In this document: positions 20,683-30,573 of the stretch, piece by piece
Position numbering within the stretch: the stretch's first letter is position 1
Layout of the letters: each line of letters begins with the position of its first letter
Source: an uncultured delta proteobacterium
Lineage (GTDB): Bacteria; Desulfobacterota; RBG-13-43-22
Assembly: GCA_963802945.1 (NCBI GenBank)
Contig: CAWDKY010000015.1
Location: 352,001 to 416,000 of the forward strand
DNA: 64,000 nt
Direction of reading: 5' to 3'
Program-made: the position numbers and the translations under genes
The notes under the pieces: generated by a model
What the model was told of the DNA's origin: nothing
Database searches by the model: none
What the model saw: only the letters and a program-made list of their open reading frames with translations

Positions 20683-21360
20683 ATGAAATACGAATTAAAT
20701 ACATATCATAGGAACACTCCCGATCAAGAATTATTGGATGACCTTAAAAAAGTCGCTGATCAAATTGGAATGGAGAAAATTACAAGGGAACAGTACGATC
20801 AGAAAGGAGAATTTAATTCTGGAACATTAATCAAGCGATTTGGGACTTGGAATAAAACTTTAGAAAAGGCGGGTTTAGCAGTAACAGTAAAACAAAATAT
20901 TCCAGAAAAAGAACTATTTGATAATATTGAGGCAGTATGGATTGCGCTTGGGCGACAACCTTTATACGTGGAAATGAAGCCTCCTCTTTCAAGATGTTGG
21001 CCAAAACCTTATGAGAAAAGATTCGGGTCATGGCGAAAAGCACTTGAAGCCTTTGTTGAGTATGTTAATTCCGATAAGGACGAAAATCAAGAAACGGCAG
21101 AAAATAGGCAAGATGAAAAATATTTCGATGCAGTTGAAACAGAATTTAAACATAAAACAAAGAGGAATATTAGTGAAAGATTAAAAGTCAAAGTATTAAT
21201 GAGGGATGGTAACAAATGCAAGCTTTGTGGCATCTCCGTAACTGGTGAAAACATTCACTTTGATCATATAAAACCTTGGTCTAAAGGAGGCGAAACAGTT
21301 TTAGAAAATATTCAAGTATTATGTGCACGACATAATTTAGCCAAAGGTAATATGGAATAA
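20683..21360 (+). CDS. HNH endonuclease with N-terminal repeats, cassette-like
   Basis: Two KRFGxW repeats, then CKLC...HFDHIKPWSKGG...NIQVLCARHN; AT-rich relative to its neighbours. Confidence 0.9.
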   Translation: MKYELNTYHRNTPDQELLDDLKKVADQIGMEKITREQYDQKGEFNSGTLIKRFGTWNKTLEKAGLAVTVKQNIPEKELFDNIEAVWIALGRQPLYVEMKPPLSRCWPKPYEKRFGSWRKALEAFVEYVNSDKDENQETAENRQDEKYFDAVETEFKHKTKRNISERLKVKVLMRDGNKCKLCGISVTGENIHFDHIKPWSKGGETVLENIQVLCARHNLAKGNME

Positions 21361-21367
21361 TAAAAAT

Positions 21368-21478
21368 ATTTAACCAGGCAATCCACCGGGCCCGCCCCGC
21401 GTGGCCGAACGAAAAGATCACCGGTCCGCGGAATGCGTGCCCGAATGGCGCGTTGCGCCTGCGCAGGCGCTGTTGGGC
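21368..21478 (+). other. attC-like site (degenerate or composite)
   Basis: ATTTAAC-caggc-aatccaccgg just after the stop, ending in GTTGGGC; ATTTAAC is the reverse complement of GTTAAAT at 20666 ahead of the gene. Confidence 0.6.
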
Positions 21479-21707
21479 AGAGGAGAGAACCTTGAACTGC
21501 GAACCGATGGAAGAACGGGTGTGAAAAAGTAGACGGTTGTGATAGTCTTCATTTCCCTGCTTCAATTTGGGTTCGGGACAGCAACACAAGCCGCCGGTAT
21601 CTCTGGTTAGAAAAGCGCCGAAACAGCCGGCATTGACCTTACCCGAACAGTCAAAGCCCTCAGGCAGATCAGGACTGACAGCTCCGATACAACGATACCG
21701 CTTGACC

Positions 21708-22175
21708 TTATTCTCTTCCCACAGGTTTCGGCCTTTCTTTTTTAAAGGCCACCCAGCCTTCGTTGGCCTCTGGAAAACAATCAAAACGCGGGATATAGGG
21801 TTTGATGTCGATAAGAGGCGTTCCATCCAGGACATCGATCCCTCTGACTTCAAGGATATTTTTATGACGGTTTATAAGTTTGACAATGGTTAAACCCAGC
21901 CCATTCGGACGGCAGGGATGTCTGGAAGCAAAGACCCCATGGGGTTTATCGTCCAAGAATGTGGGACGTACCAGTTTGACTTCACCGGCTTGGTGAAACT
22001 GATAGAAAAGCATGATATGGGAAAAGGTCTCAATATCTTTCAACCCTTTCATATATTCTAAAAACACAACCACCTGCCCGATGCCTTCCGGGGAAAAGAT
22101 GCCCTGTATCGGGGCCTCTTCTTTGCTGGCATAGGGAGAATGAATAAGGCCAATGGGCGTTAGCGTCATGCTCAT
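21708..22175 (-). CDS. tsaA: tRNA m6t6A37 methyltransferase TrmO/TsaA
   Basis: PIGLIHSPY, GVFASRHPCRPNGLG, GIDVLDGTPLIDIKPY. Confidence 0.92.
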   Translation of the reverse strand: MSMTLTPIGLIHSPYASKEEAPIQGIFSPEGIGQVVVFLEYMKGLKDIETFSHIMLFYQFHQAGEVKLVRPTFLDDKPHGVFASRHPCRPNGLGLTIVKLINRHKNILEVRGIDVLDGTPLIDIKPYIPRFDCFPEANEGWVAFKKERPKPVGRE

Positions 22176-22479
22176 AATCAACACCTTTCTGACAGGAGAG
22201 CCGAAAATGAGGTTCGCCTGCCTCTGTCCATAATCCAAATATTTATCACAGGAATTTTAAGAAGGTAAGCTTTTTCTCCCCCATCAATGACGGTTGGCGG
22301 GATTTTTTTACCAGCCCATCAAAATGAAAGGGAGAGCCAGAGGCCGCGGGATATTGACAGGAGCGGCTTAAATAGGTAAAGTGTCCATGATCAAGTTGTG
22401 CCGATTACTGAGGATATATCATGATCAAACACAGAACTCGATGAAGAGATGAGTTCACTGATCATAGAGGAGAGCGGGA

Positions 22480-23499
22480 ATGATTATCATTTTAAAACCC
22501 ACGGCCCATAAAAAGGATGCCGATGAAATCATCGCCCAGATCGCCAGGCTGGGCCTGAAGCCGCTTTATTTGCCGGGAACGGAACGGACGGTTTTGGGTG
22601 CAATCGGTGACGAGAGGGTCCTGGCCGGCCTGCATCTTGAAAGTCATCCGCTGGTCGAGCGCATCACCCCGATCCTGACACCCTACAAAATGGTGAGCCG
22701 CGATATCCACCCGGAGAATTCGGTGGTTGAAATCGGTCAGGTTCAGGTGGGTGGAAAACCGTTTGTGGTGATTGCCGGCCCCTGTGCCGTGGAAACAAGA
22801 GAACAGATGATGGCCACCGCCCAGGCGGTCAAGAAAGCCGGAGCTCACTGCCTGCGGGGCGGGGCTTTCAAACCGAGGTCCAGTCCATACAGCTTTCAGG
22901 GATTGGGGGTCAAAGGCCTACGTATCCTCAAAGAAGCCGGGGAAAAGACCGGGCTGGCCATCACGACCGAGGTTGTTGAGGCAGGGGATGTCCCTATGGT
23001 GGAACGCTATGCCGATGCCTTTCAGGTCGGTGCCCGCAACATGCAGAATTTTCGCCTGCTGACCAAGTTGGGCCAATGCCGAAAACCGGTGATCTTAAAA
23101 CGCGGGATGGCGGCCACCGTGGAAGACCTGCTTCTGGCGGCGGAGTACATCGTTTCTGAAGGAAATCCCAAGGTCATCCTTTGCGAACGAGGCATTCGCA
23201 CTTTTGAAACCGCCACGCGCAATACGTTGGATTTGAACGCCGTCCCTTTTCTTAAACAGAAAACGCATCTTCCGGTCATCGTGGATCCCTCCCACGGTAC
23301 AGGTGTTCGAGACTTCGTGGCCCCAATGGCCAAGGCTGCGGCGGCCTGTGGTGCGGACGGACTTTTGATCGAGGTTCATTGCAATCCCAAAGAGGCCCTT
23401 TCCGACGGACAGCAATCCCTTTATCCCGAACAGTTTTCACGCTTGATGAAAGAGTTGCGCCCATTTGTTAAAGCAGCGGGGCGTGAACTCAATGTCTAA
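22480..23499 (+). CDS. aroF: 3-deoxy-7-phosphoheptulonate synthase (class I beta)
   Basis: AGPCAVE, GGAFKPRSSPYSFQG, GARNMQN, CERGIRTFE, VDPSHG, SDGQQS. Confidence 0.96.
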   Translation: MIIILKPTAHKKDADEIIAQIARLGLKPLYLPGTERTVLGAIGDERVLAGLHLESHPLVERITPILTPYKMVSRDIHPENSVVEIGQVQVGGKPFVVIAGPCAVETREQMMATAQAVKKAGAHCLRGGAFKPRSSPYSFQGLGVKGLRILKEAGEKTGLAITTEVVEAGDVPMVERYADAFQVGARNMQNFRLLTKLGQCRKPVILKRGMAATVEDLLLAAEYIVSEGNPKVILCERGIRTFETATRNTLDLNAVPFLKQKTHLPVIVDPSHGTGVRDFVAPMAKAAAACGADGLLIEVHCNPKEALSDGQQSLYPEQFSRLMKELRPFVKAAGRELNV

Positions 23500-24295
23500 C
23501 GGCATGTCGGTTATTACGCTAAGCACGGATTTTGGCTGGGATGATCCTTATGTGGGGGTCATGAAAGGGGTAATCTTGGGGATCAATCCTCGGGTCCATT
23601 TGGTGGATCTGACCCATGCCCTGTCCCATCACCACCTCCTGGAAGCGGCCTTTATTCTTAATACGGCTTATCCCTATTTCCCCAGGGGAACCATCCATCT
23701 GGCGGTAGTCGATCCGGGGGTCGGAGGAGAGCGGCGGCTTATTGCCATCCAGGCGAAAGATGCTGTTTGGGTCGGGCCGGACAACGGGCTTTTTACCCTG
23801 GTGATGAAAAACAGGCCGGAAGCAATCATAGTCCACCTGAATAACACCACTTTTTTTTTGAAAACGATTTCCTCCACCTTTCATGGCCGTGACATTTTAG
23901 CTCCGGCAGCGGCTCATCTCAGTTTGGGTGTTCCGATTACCAAATTAGGGAAAACGATATCGGATCCATTTTTACTTACTATTTCGGACCCGGAGATTAA
24001 AGACAACCGACTGATCGGCCGGGTCATCTGGAGCGATCACTTCGGCAACCTGATTACCAACATCAGTCGAGAAACCATTCTTCCCTTTTTGTCCGGTCCG
24101 GGTTTAAAAATTATTTTAGGATCCCACACTATTAACGAAATACACCAAACCTACTCCCAGGGCCGACCAGGCCAATTGATGGCCTTGATCGGCAGCAGCG
24201 GCTATCTGGAAATCGTCTGTAATCTGGGCAGTGCTGCAGAAAAAATGGGGCTACAGTCCGTGGTAGGTTTGAAGGTCGAAGTTCTCGCTTCCTGA
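23492..24295 (+). CDS. SAM hydrolase / SAM-dependent halogenase family (DUF62)
   Basis: TDFG..DPYV, VVDPGVG, GPDNG, TFHGRD, DHFGNLITN. Confidence 0.9.
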   Translation: MSNGMSVITLSTDFGWDDPYVGVMKGVILGINPRVHLVDLTHALSHHHLLEAAFILNTAYPYFPRGTIHLAVVDPGVGGERRLIAIQAKDAVWVGPDNGLFTLVMKNRPEAIIVHLNNTTFFLKTISSTFHGRDILAPAAAHLSLGVPITKLGKTISDPFLLTISDPEIKDNRLIGRVIWSDHFGNLITNISRETILPFLSGPGLKIILGSHTINEIHQTYSQGRPGQLMALIGSSGYLEIVCNLGSAAEKMGLQSVVGLKVEVLAS

Positions 24296-24351
24296 AATTT
24301 ATTGTGGGTGCAGCAAGGAAACGACATTCTGCCTTATGTGAATAGTTTTTA

Positions 24352-24479
24352 TTCCTGGACTCCGGCTGGAGTCTATCCCGCATGGGATGCGGGACCGGAG
24401 TGACGAATATTAGGAAGTTTTCTGTCGTCATTCCGGGCTTGACTAAGCCTGCCCCGTACTTGATACGGGGGAATCCAGT
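24352..24479. repeat. Pair of REP-like palindromes between convergent genes
   Basis: ctggactccggc...ccggagtgacg and cgtcattccggg...ggaatccag are roughly mutually inverted, each with an inner hairpin. Confidence 0.55.
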
Positions 24480-24525
24480 GACTTTATGTTAATTCTATTT
24501 TGAAAATCTTTTAATAGTATGGTTT

Positions 24526-25953
24526 TCAGCTTTTCCTTCTTCGATAATAACCGGCGAGTTTTTTGGCTGCCTTGGCCGCGCGGCCGATCGAAGGAAAATA
24601 AGGAATGCCCTTGGCCAGAAGCTTGGTCCTGATCTCGTAGATGATTTTCCAGTTCCAATCCGCATAGTGGTCGATGCCTGGGCATCGATCCGGAACGATG
24701 GTCATCACCGGCTTTGGTTTGCAGTTCTCGATATGATATTCTCCCAGGTAATCATCGGCCGTCTTTCCCTTATATCTCTCATGATGAGGTTCACCGAACA
24801 TGACGATCAGCAGATCGAATTGCTCATTTTTGGCCATCAAGGCCAGCAACTCGCTGTGGTCGAATTTGGCATCCTCCCCTCTGATCGAATGGTCTACCGG
24901 ATTGCCGATCCAGTCCCAGATACTGATCCCCTGGCTTTTAAGCTCCTCCCGAATCTCCGGCGGGATAGGGATCACATCCAGACCTGCTGCCTCACATTGA
25001 TCCGCCGCCAACACGCTGGCGCCGCCGGCCCCCCCCATCACTCCGACTTGAAGACCTCTGATCGGCGGCAAGTAGTGGAAAGCGACGGCCAGGTCAATGA
25101 ATTCCTCCATGCTGTCCGCGGAAACTGCCCCGGCTTGCGCCAAAGCAACTTCCAATAAATCGGCGGACCCGGCCAAAGAGGCGGTGTGGGAAGCGACGGC
25201 CCTGGCCCCTGATTGTCCCCGACCGCCCTTCAATATCACCACCGGCTTTTGGGCTGCTGCCTGACGAAGGGAATCGAAAAACCGGCGGCCTTCTCTCAGC
25301 CCTTCAACATACATCAAGATCAGCTTGGTCTCCGGGTCCTGGGCCAGGTAGTCCAAGAAATCACACTCATTGAAATCCAGGGCGTTTCCATAGCTGATCG
25401 CTTTGCTGAAAAAAAGGCCTCTCAGGGCGGCCGAACGAACGATCTCTTCTACCGCTTGACCGCTCTGGGAGATCAGTCCCACGGGACCATAATTTTCATG
25501 AGGCATGGCATCACTAAAAGAAATGCCCAATCTCGGGAAAAAGAGACCCATACAATTCGGGCCGATAAGACGTATACCGTATCCCCTGGCCAATTTCAGT
25601 ACTTCCTGCTCCAGTTGGGCAGCATCCGACCGGCCGGTTTCGCTGAAGCGGGCGGTAAAAAGGTGAATAATTTTTACTCCATTGTGAGAGCAATCCTTGA
25701 TCATGGCCGGCACCAGCGGTGCCGACACGGCGGAGATCACATAGTCCACCGGATCGGGAATGTCTTTTACGGTAGCATAGGCCTTCAGTCCCAGAATTTC
25801 AGAGTACTTGGGGTTCACCGGATAAATATTCCCTCGATAGCCATATTTCAGAAGCGCATCCGTAAAATTATATCCTGCAGTTTGGGGATTGTTGGAGGCG
25901 CCGACTACGGCAATGGATCGAGGGTTGAAAAGCTCTTCGATAGGATGTGACAA
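24526..25953 (-). CDS. CoA-binding protein / ADP-forming acyl-CoA synthetase alpha-like, second paralog
   Basis: PRSIAVVGAS, GPNCMG, SQSG, ASHTASLAG, NPVD. Confidence 0.9.
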   Translation of the reverse strand: MSHPIEELFNPRSIAVVGASNNPQTAGYNFTDALLKYGYRGNIYPVNPKYSEILGLKAYATVKDIPDPVDYVISAVSAPLVPAMIKDCSHNGVKIIHLFTARFSETGRSDAAQLEQEVLKLARGYGIRLIGPNCMGLFFPRLGISFSDAMPHENYGPVGLISQSGQAVEEIVRSAALRGLFFSKAISYGNALDFNECDFLDYLAQDPETKLILMYVEGLREGRRFFDSLRQAAAQKPVVILKGGRGQSGARAVASHTASLAGSADLLEVALAQAGAVSADSMEEFIDLAVAFHYLPPIRGLQVGVMGGAGGASVLAADQCEAAGLDVIPIPPEIREELKSQGISIWDWIGNPVDHSIRGEDAKFDHSELLALMAKNEQFDLLIVMFGEPHHERYKGKTADDYLGEYHIENCKPKPVMTIVPDRCPGIDHYADWNWKIIYEIRTKLLAKGIPYFPSIGRAAKAAKKLAGYYRRRKS

Positions 25954-26211
25954 GAATGGACCTCCTCAATTAATTCCACTTTATCGTTGGGTTGGATATG
26001 GAATGTTTTGATGGGATATTTCTTCTGATAAATAAAATATAGGTGAAGGGGATTTTGTAAGTCAAGACAATTTTACCGGACGGAAAGCGGTTTCCCATAG
26101 ACTCCAGTGGACATCCCAAACGGAATCTCATTTATTTACAGGTAACTTTATGTTATAATTTTAGTATACCGCAAGTGCGGCTTAATCTAACCAATACAGA
26201 TTGAAATCACT

Positions 26212-27204
26212 TTGAAAGCAAAAGGGAAATATGTTGGAATAACCTCCACCGTTCCGGTGGAAATCCTCTTTGCGGCCGGCTTAATCCCGGTGGATTTGAA
26301 TAATATTTTTATCACCTCCCCACAGGCGTCGGTCTGGGTGGATGAAGCCGAAGAAAAGGGCTTCCCCCGAACTCTGTGCAGTTGGATCAAAGGTATTTAT
26401 TCCGCCCTTCAATATTGGCCTGAAATTAAAACCGTTATCGCCGTTACCCAGGGGGATTGCAGTAATACTCAGGCCCTGACTGAAATCCTGGATCATCAGG
26501 GGACCCAGGTTATCCACTTTAATTATCCCTATGATCGGAGCCCCCAGGTCATTAGAAAAAACATTGAGGAACTGATGGCCACCTTCGGGGTATCCTGGCC
26601 GAAAGTGATCGGGGCACAAAAACGAATAAAGGGCATTCGGGAAAAACTCCTATGGCTGGATAAGGCAACCTGGGAAGGCAACCGAGTCCACGGCTGGGAA
26701 AACCATCTTTTTTTAGTCAACAGTTCAGACTTCAAAGGGAATTTAAATTTTTATGAAGAAGAGTTGACCGACTTTTTAGAAACCCTGGCTCTTCGATCTA
26801 AAATAAGGGAATCGGTTCGTCTGGGGTACATCGGTATCCCGCCCATACAATCCGGGCTTTATGAATTTGTTGAACAATGCGGCGGCCGGGTGGTATTCAA
26901 TGAAATTCAGCGTCAGTTCAGTATGCCCCATTATAAGCAAAACCTGATCAGTCAATATCTGGCCTACACTTATCCCTATGACATCTTCGGGCGGATAAAA
27001 GATATTGAAGCAGCGATTCGGGTGCGACAATTGGACGGTTTGATCCACTACACCCAGACCTTTTGCTTTCGGCAGGTTCAAGACCTTTTGATCCGGAAGC
27101 ATCTTTCCATTCCCATCCTGACTCTGGAGGGAGATAAACCAAGACCTATCGATAACCGCACCAAATTTCGTATCGAGGCCTTTATTGATGTGCTGAGGAA
27201 ATAA
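26212..27204 (+). CDS. 2-hydroxyacyl-CoA dehydratase subunit (HgdB/FldB family)
   Basis: LCSWIKG, GDCSN, QTFCFR, LTLEGD, RIEAF. Confidence 0.87.
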   Translation: MKAKGKYVGITSTVPVEILFAAGLIPVDLNNIFITSPQASVWVDEAEEKGFPRTLCSWIKGIYSALQYWPEIKTVIAVTQGDCSNTQALTEILDHQGTQVIHFNYPYDRSPQVIRKNIEELMATFGVSWPKVIGAQKRIKGIREKLLWLDKATWEGNRVHGWENHLFLVNSSDFKGNLNFYEEELTDFLETLALRSKIRESVRLGYIGIPPIQSGLYEFVEQCGGRVVFNEIQRQFSMPHYKQNLISQYLAYTYPYDIFGRIKDIEAAIRVRQLDGLIHYTQTFCFRQVQDLLIRKHLSIPILTLEGDKPRPIDNRTKFRIEAFIDVLRK

Positions 27205-27205
27205 T

Positions 27206-28021
27206 ATGCCGATTGGAATAGACCTGGGAAGCCGATTTGTCAAGATCATCCAGACCCATGATTTTAGGGCCTTCCATAAAATCCGTCTCGACACGGTTGG
27301 GTTTCTAACTCAAAGAATAAAAACAGGGCCGAAAAAAACCGATCCATTCCTGGCCCTGAAGGATTTGGGATTCCGACCTGAAAAATCCCTGGTGGTAACC
27401 GGCTATGGCAAACACCTTGCGGGTAAAAAGATAAAAGCCATCACCGAGATCCGGGCTCATTTTCGCGGCGCCTGTTTCCAAACCGGCTTGACAGATTTTA
27501 TTTTAGTCGAAATGGGCGGTCAGGACAGCAAGGTCCTTTGGGTTCAGGACAAAAAGGTTATGGATTTTCAGACCAATGATAAATGTGCGGCTGGAACCGG
27601 CCGCTATCTGGAGAATATGGGCCGGTTGTTGAACCTGAGCTTAAAAAAGCTTTCTCAGGAAACCGAAGACCCGGTGGCGATCAACAATACCTGTGCGATT
27701 TTTGGAGAGAGCGAGATCATCGGATTTCTTATGGAACAGGTGCCGGTAAAAAAGATTTGTGCCGGCATCAATGATTCCATTGCCCGACGGATCATCCAGA
27801 TGATCCGCCGCTACCCCACCATGCCTCTGGTTCTTTGCGGCGGCGTGGCTTTAAATAAGGGAGTGGTGACCCTGCTTTCCCGCCGCTATGGTCGATCGAT
27901 CATTACCCCTAAAGAGCCCCAGTTTAATGGGGCCATCGGCTGTTGTCTGGAAGGAATTTCCATAGAAGAAATTTATAAATTGGCTGGGAAAGGTAGGAAC
28001 TGTGGTCACAATAATGGTTAG
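27206..28021 (+). CDS. Acyl-CoA dehydratase activase (HgdC/BadF family)
   Basis: GIDLGS, VTGYG, GGQDSK, NDKCAAGTGR, TCAIFGESE. Confidence 0.92.
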   Translation: MPIGIDLGSRFVKIIQTHDFRAFHKIRLDTVGFLTQRIKTGPKKTDPFLALKDLGFRPEKSLVVTGYGKHLAGKKIKAITEIRAHFRGACFQTGLTDFILVEMGGQDSKVLWVQDKKVMDFQTNDKCAAGTGRYLENMGRLLNLSLKKLSQETEDPVAINNTCAIFGESEIIGFLMEQVPVKKICAGINDSIARRIIQMIRRYPTMPLVLCGGVALNKGVVTLLSRRYGRSIITPKEPQFNGAIGCCLEGISIEEIYKLAGKGRNCGHNNG

Positions 28022-28220
28022 TTACTTCGGCCCGATCCAGGGTTCATCGGTTGTATCGTTCAACGGCGTATCTGCTACGGTCTCCTCGTGGTCGGGAGCC
28101 ACGATTAAGTGCAAAGTTCCAACTGGTGCCTCTACCGGACCTGTGGTGGTGACGACTTCTGTTGGCCCATCCAATAGAAAAAAAATTACCGTGACAAGGT
28201 CAATAAAGAATAAGCTATAA
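28002..28220 (+). pseudogene. IPT/TIG domain fragment
   Basis: FGPIQGSSVVSFNG...SSWSGATIKCKVPTGASTGPVVVTT; no signal peptide or clear start. Confidence 0.65.
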
Positions 28221-28296
28221 CAAATCGAGAAGGAATGGCTGTAATGGCTATCCTTTCCCGTGTTTTATTACACAGAAAACTCTTTCACCCAGGTAG

Positions 28297-28370
28297 TGGT
28301 TCTGCTTTTTTTTGCACATTTCAATCCGTAATCGTTAACTTTTGGAATGACCTCTTTAGAATAGTTGTAG
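28297..28370 (+). repeat. Degenerate dispersed repeat family B, copy 2
   Basis: tctgctttt...tgcacatttcaatccgtaatcgttaa...ctttagaa matches the reverse complement of about 15030-15102. Confidence 0.7.
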
Positions 28371-28526
28371 ATACCTTTAAATCCGGTTCTGCATAGTCCC
28401 GTTTTCTTAAAAAGACGCCTTCCACCCCCTTGCCTTTTGCCCTGTTTTTCTCCTTGATCCTTCCTTTTTTTTTATACTCTTTCCTATCAAAAGCAAAGTT
28501 TTACAAATTTTTAAAGGAGGCCCAAC

Positions 28527-28781
28527 ATGTTTTCACCAAAAAGCATTCTGGTACCCACAGATTTTTCCGTATATTCGGACAAGGCACTACAAAACGCAAT
28601 AGACATCGCCAAACAATTCACAGGCAAGATCTATCTATTACATGTGGTCGGAACAGTCATTCAGTACATGGCCTATTATGAGATTGATTCACAAACCGTT
28701 AATTTGGTGGAAAAGGAAAATATCGCTGCGGCCAAAATTCGATTGACAAACAAGAACGTCCTTCATATACTCCCCCACTAA
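28527..28781 (+). pseudogene. Universal stress protein, C-terminally truncated
   Basis: KSILVPTDFS..SDKAL...YLLHVV; 84 aa and lacks the GxxG...GSV half. Confidence 0.75.
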
Positions 28782-28833
28782 AAAGCAATGTCTTATCACT
28801 ACCCTGCCAATTTTTTCGACGGAGAATCAACAC

Positions 28834-29889
28834 TTGAATATTGCAACCCGCATCCATGGAGTCGGTGCCTATATTCCCGAGCGTAAAATTACGAACGAAG
28901 ATGTAATTGAAATGCTTCGCTTGGCAAGCGCCGCTTATCTGTCCCCCGAGGATCTGGTTAAATTGATCCAAAAAGCAAAATCAAACCTGGACAAAACCGG
29001 GAACAGCACACGTTATTGGTGCCGGGAAAACGAGTATTGCACGGATATCGCCCGGATCGCGGCCGAGCGGGCCCTCGATGACGCAGAAATTGATCCAAAA
29101 GATGTGGATCTGCTGATTTTTACGGGCATGTCCAAGGCTTTTGTCGAACCGGCCACCGGCCATGTGCTGCGCCACGAAATGGGCCTGGTCAATGCCAATG
29201 TGATCGATACCCAGGACGCTTGCACGAGCTTCATCAAATCGATGGAAATCGCCAATAGCCACATCAAATCCGGCGCCTATAAGACAGTATTGATTGCGGC
29301 CGGTGAACGCTCTTACGACTGGGCGGATTTCACCTGTAAGACGATCGAAGACCTGGCCTGGAAGTTCGGGTCGCTGACGATTGGCGATGCCGCCGGTGCC
29401 ATGGTGCTGCAATCCACCGACGATCCGGAGTATACGCAGGAAAACCGCCATATGCGGTTCTATTTTAAAATCGCCGATGGTACTTTCCAGACCTGTCACA
29501 TCGGCCTCAATTACCGCTTTGGAACGCGCTACCGTCTCAATTCGCATTCATCGCGCTTGATCAATACCGGTTTGCAAATGGTGATGGAACTGTTGTTCGA
29601 AATATTGGAACAGGATTTATGGAAGGACATTGAATACGACAACTTGTTCATCCACGACATCGGCAAGATCATTGACGACATGGTGTTGCCGATGATACGT
29701 CAGGCCAATATCTGCGTGCCCGACACCTATAAATCCTTCTTCCCCAAATATGGTAACATCGCTTCGGCCACCCTGCCGGTCAGCTTGTATCTGGCCAAGC
29801 AGGATGGTCGTCTGAAGCGGGGGAATTTGGTGGTCTACGTCTGTCCGTCGGCGGGCGTACAGGCGGGCGTTTCGGTGTTTCGTTATTGA
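28834..29889 (+). CDS. 3-oxoacyl-ACP synthase III family (FabH/OleA-like)
   Basis: VEPATG, DACTSF (Cys), FIHD (His), YGNIASATLP (Asn). Confidence 0.88.
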   Translation: MNIATRIHGVGAYIPERKITNEDVIEMLRLASAAYLSPEDLVKLIQKAKSNLDKTGNSTRYWCRENEYCTDIARIAAERALDDAEIDPKDVDLLIFTGMSKAFVEPATGHVLRHEMGLVNANVIDTQDACTSFIKSMEIANSHIKSGAYKTVLIAAGERSYDWADFTCKTIEDLAWKFGSLTIGDAAGAMVLQSTDDPEYTQENRHMRFYFKIADGTFQTCHIGLNYRFGTRYRLNSHSSRLINTGLQMVMELLFEILEQDLWKDIEYDNLFIHDIGKIIDDMVLPMIRQANICVPDTYKSFFPKYGNIASATLPVSLYLAKQDGRLKRGNLVVYVCPSAGVQAGVSVFRY

Positions 29890-30191
29890 TTTTCGTTCGC
29901 CATGGATCTTTGGTATTCCAGGGACATCCATGATAAGTAATGTCAAGGGAAAAATGAAGGTTTCCCCTGACCATCAGGAACAATAGTCTCCCGGTGGTTT
30001 ATTTACAACAATCTGCCGTCACTTGATCTTTTTTTTCATAGTTTTGGGTCGACCTTGATCGATCAGGCGACCAGACATCTATTTGCTGTATCTGGGTCGG
30101 AGAGGGTTTGCTTTACACCCTATCCGCAATGACCTTTACAGAAGATTGTGTTTGGGTCTACCCGCCGGCCTCGAAACATAATAATGGTTAC

Positions 30192-30562
30192 ATGACCCTG
30201 GGGGCCTATCTTTTGATGATCTTGTTTATTTTACTCTGGACCATCCTGCTTGTTATTTCCGGCATTGTCGCCGCCTTTCCTATTCCCAGATCTTTTTCAT
30301 ATTGGCAGATAACCCTCAGATGACCGGTTCGGACAGCTTACGAAAAAGCAAGGCCATGATGAAAGGAAACCGTTGGAAGTTGTTTTGTCTTTTCTGGAGA
30401 TTCTTTGGCTGGTTCCTGTTGGGAATCCTGAGCCTGGGAATAGGCTTCCTGTGGATCATGCCTTATCTGCAAACTACTTTAATCCGATTTTATGATGTTC
30501 TGAAGGCGGGAGAAGGGCTTCCGGCTACGGAAGGTGTTGTCTCTCAACCGGTCCAACCATAA
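30192..30562 (+). pseudogene. DUF975 family membrane protein fragment
   Basis: SKAMMKGNRWKLFCL...LSLGIGFLWIMPY...FY; upstream portion is in another frame and the N-terminus is missing. Confidence 0.7.
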
Positions 30563-30573
30563 ACGATAAAAAA

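Noticed and set aside
22386-22470. Repeated catgatcaa upstream of aroF
   Set aside because: Could be an operator, but two 9-mers alone are not enough support.
23492-24295. Fluorinase/chlorinase
   Set aside because: The FHGRD motif and housekeeping context fit the common SAM hydrolase branch.
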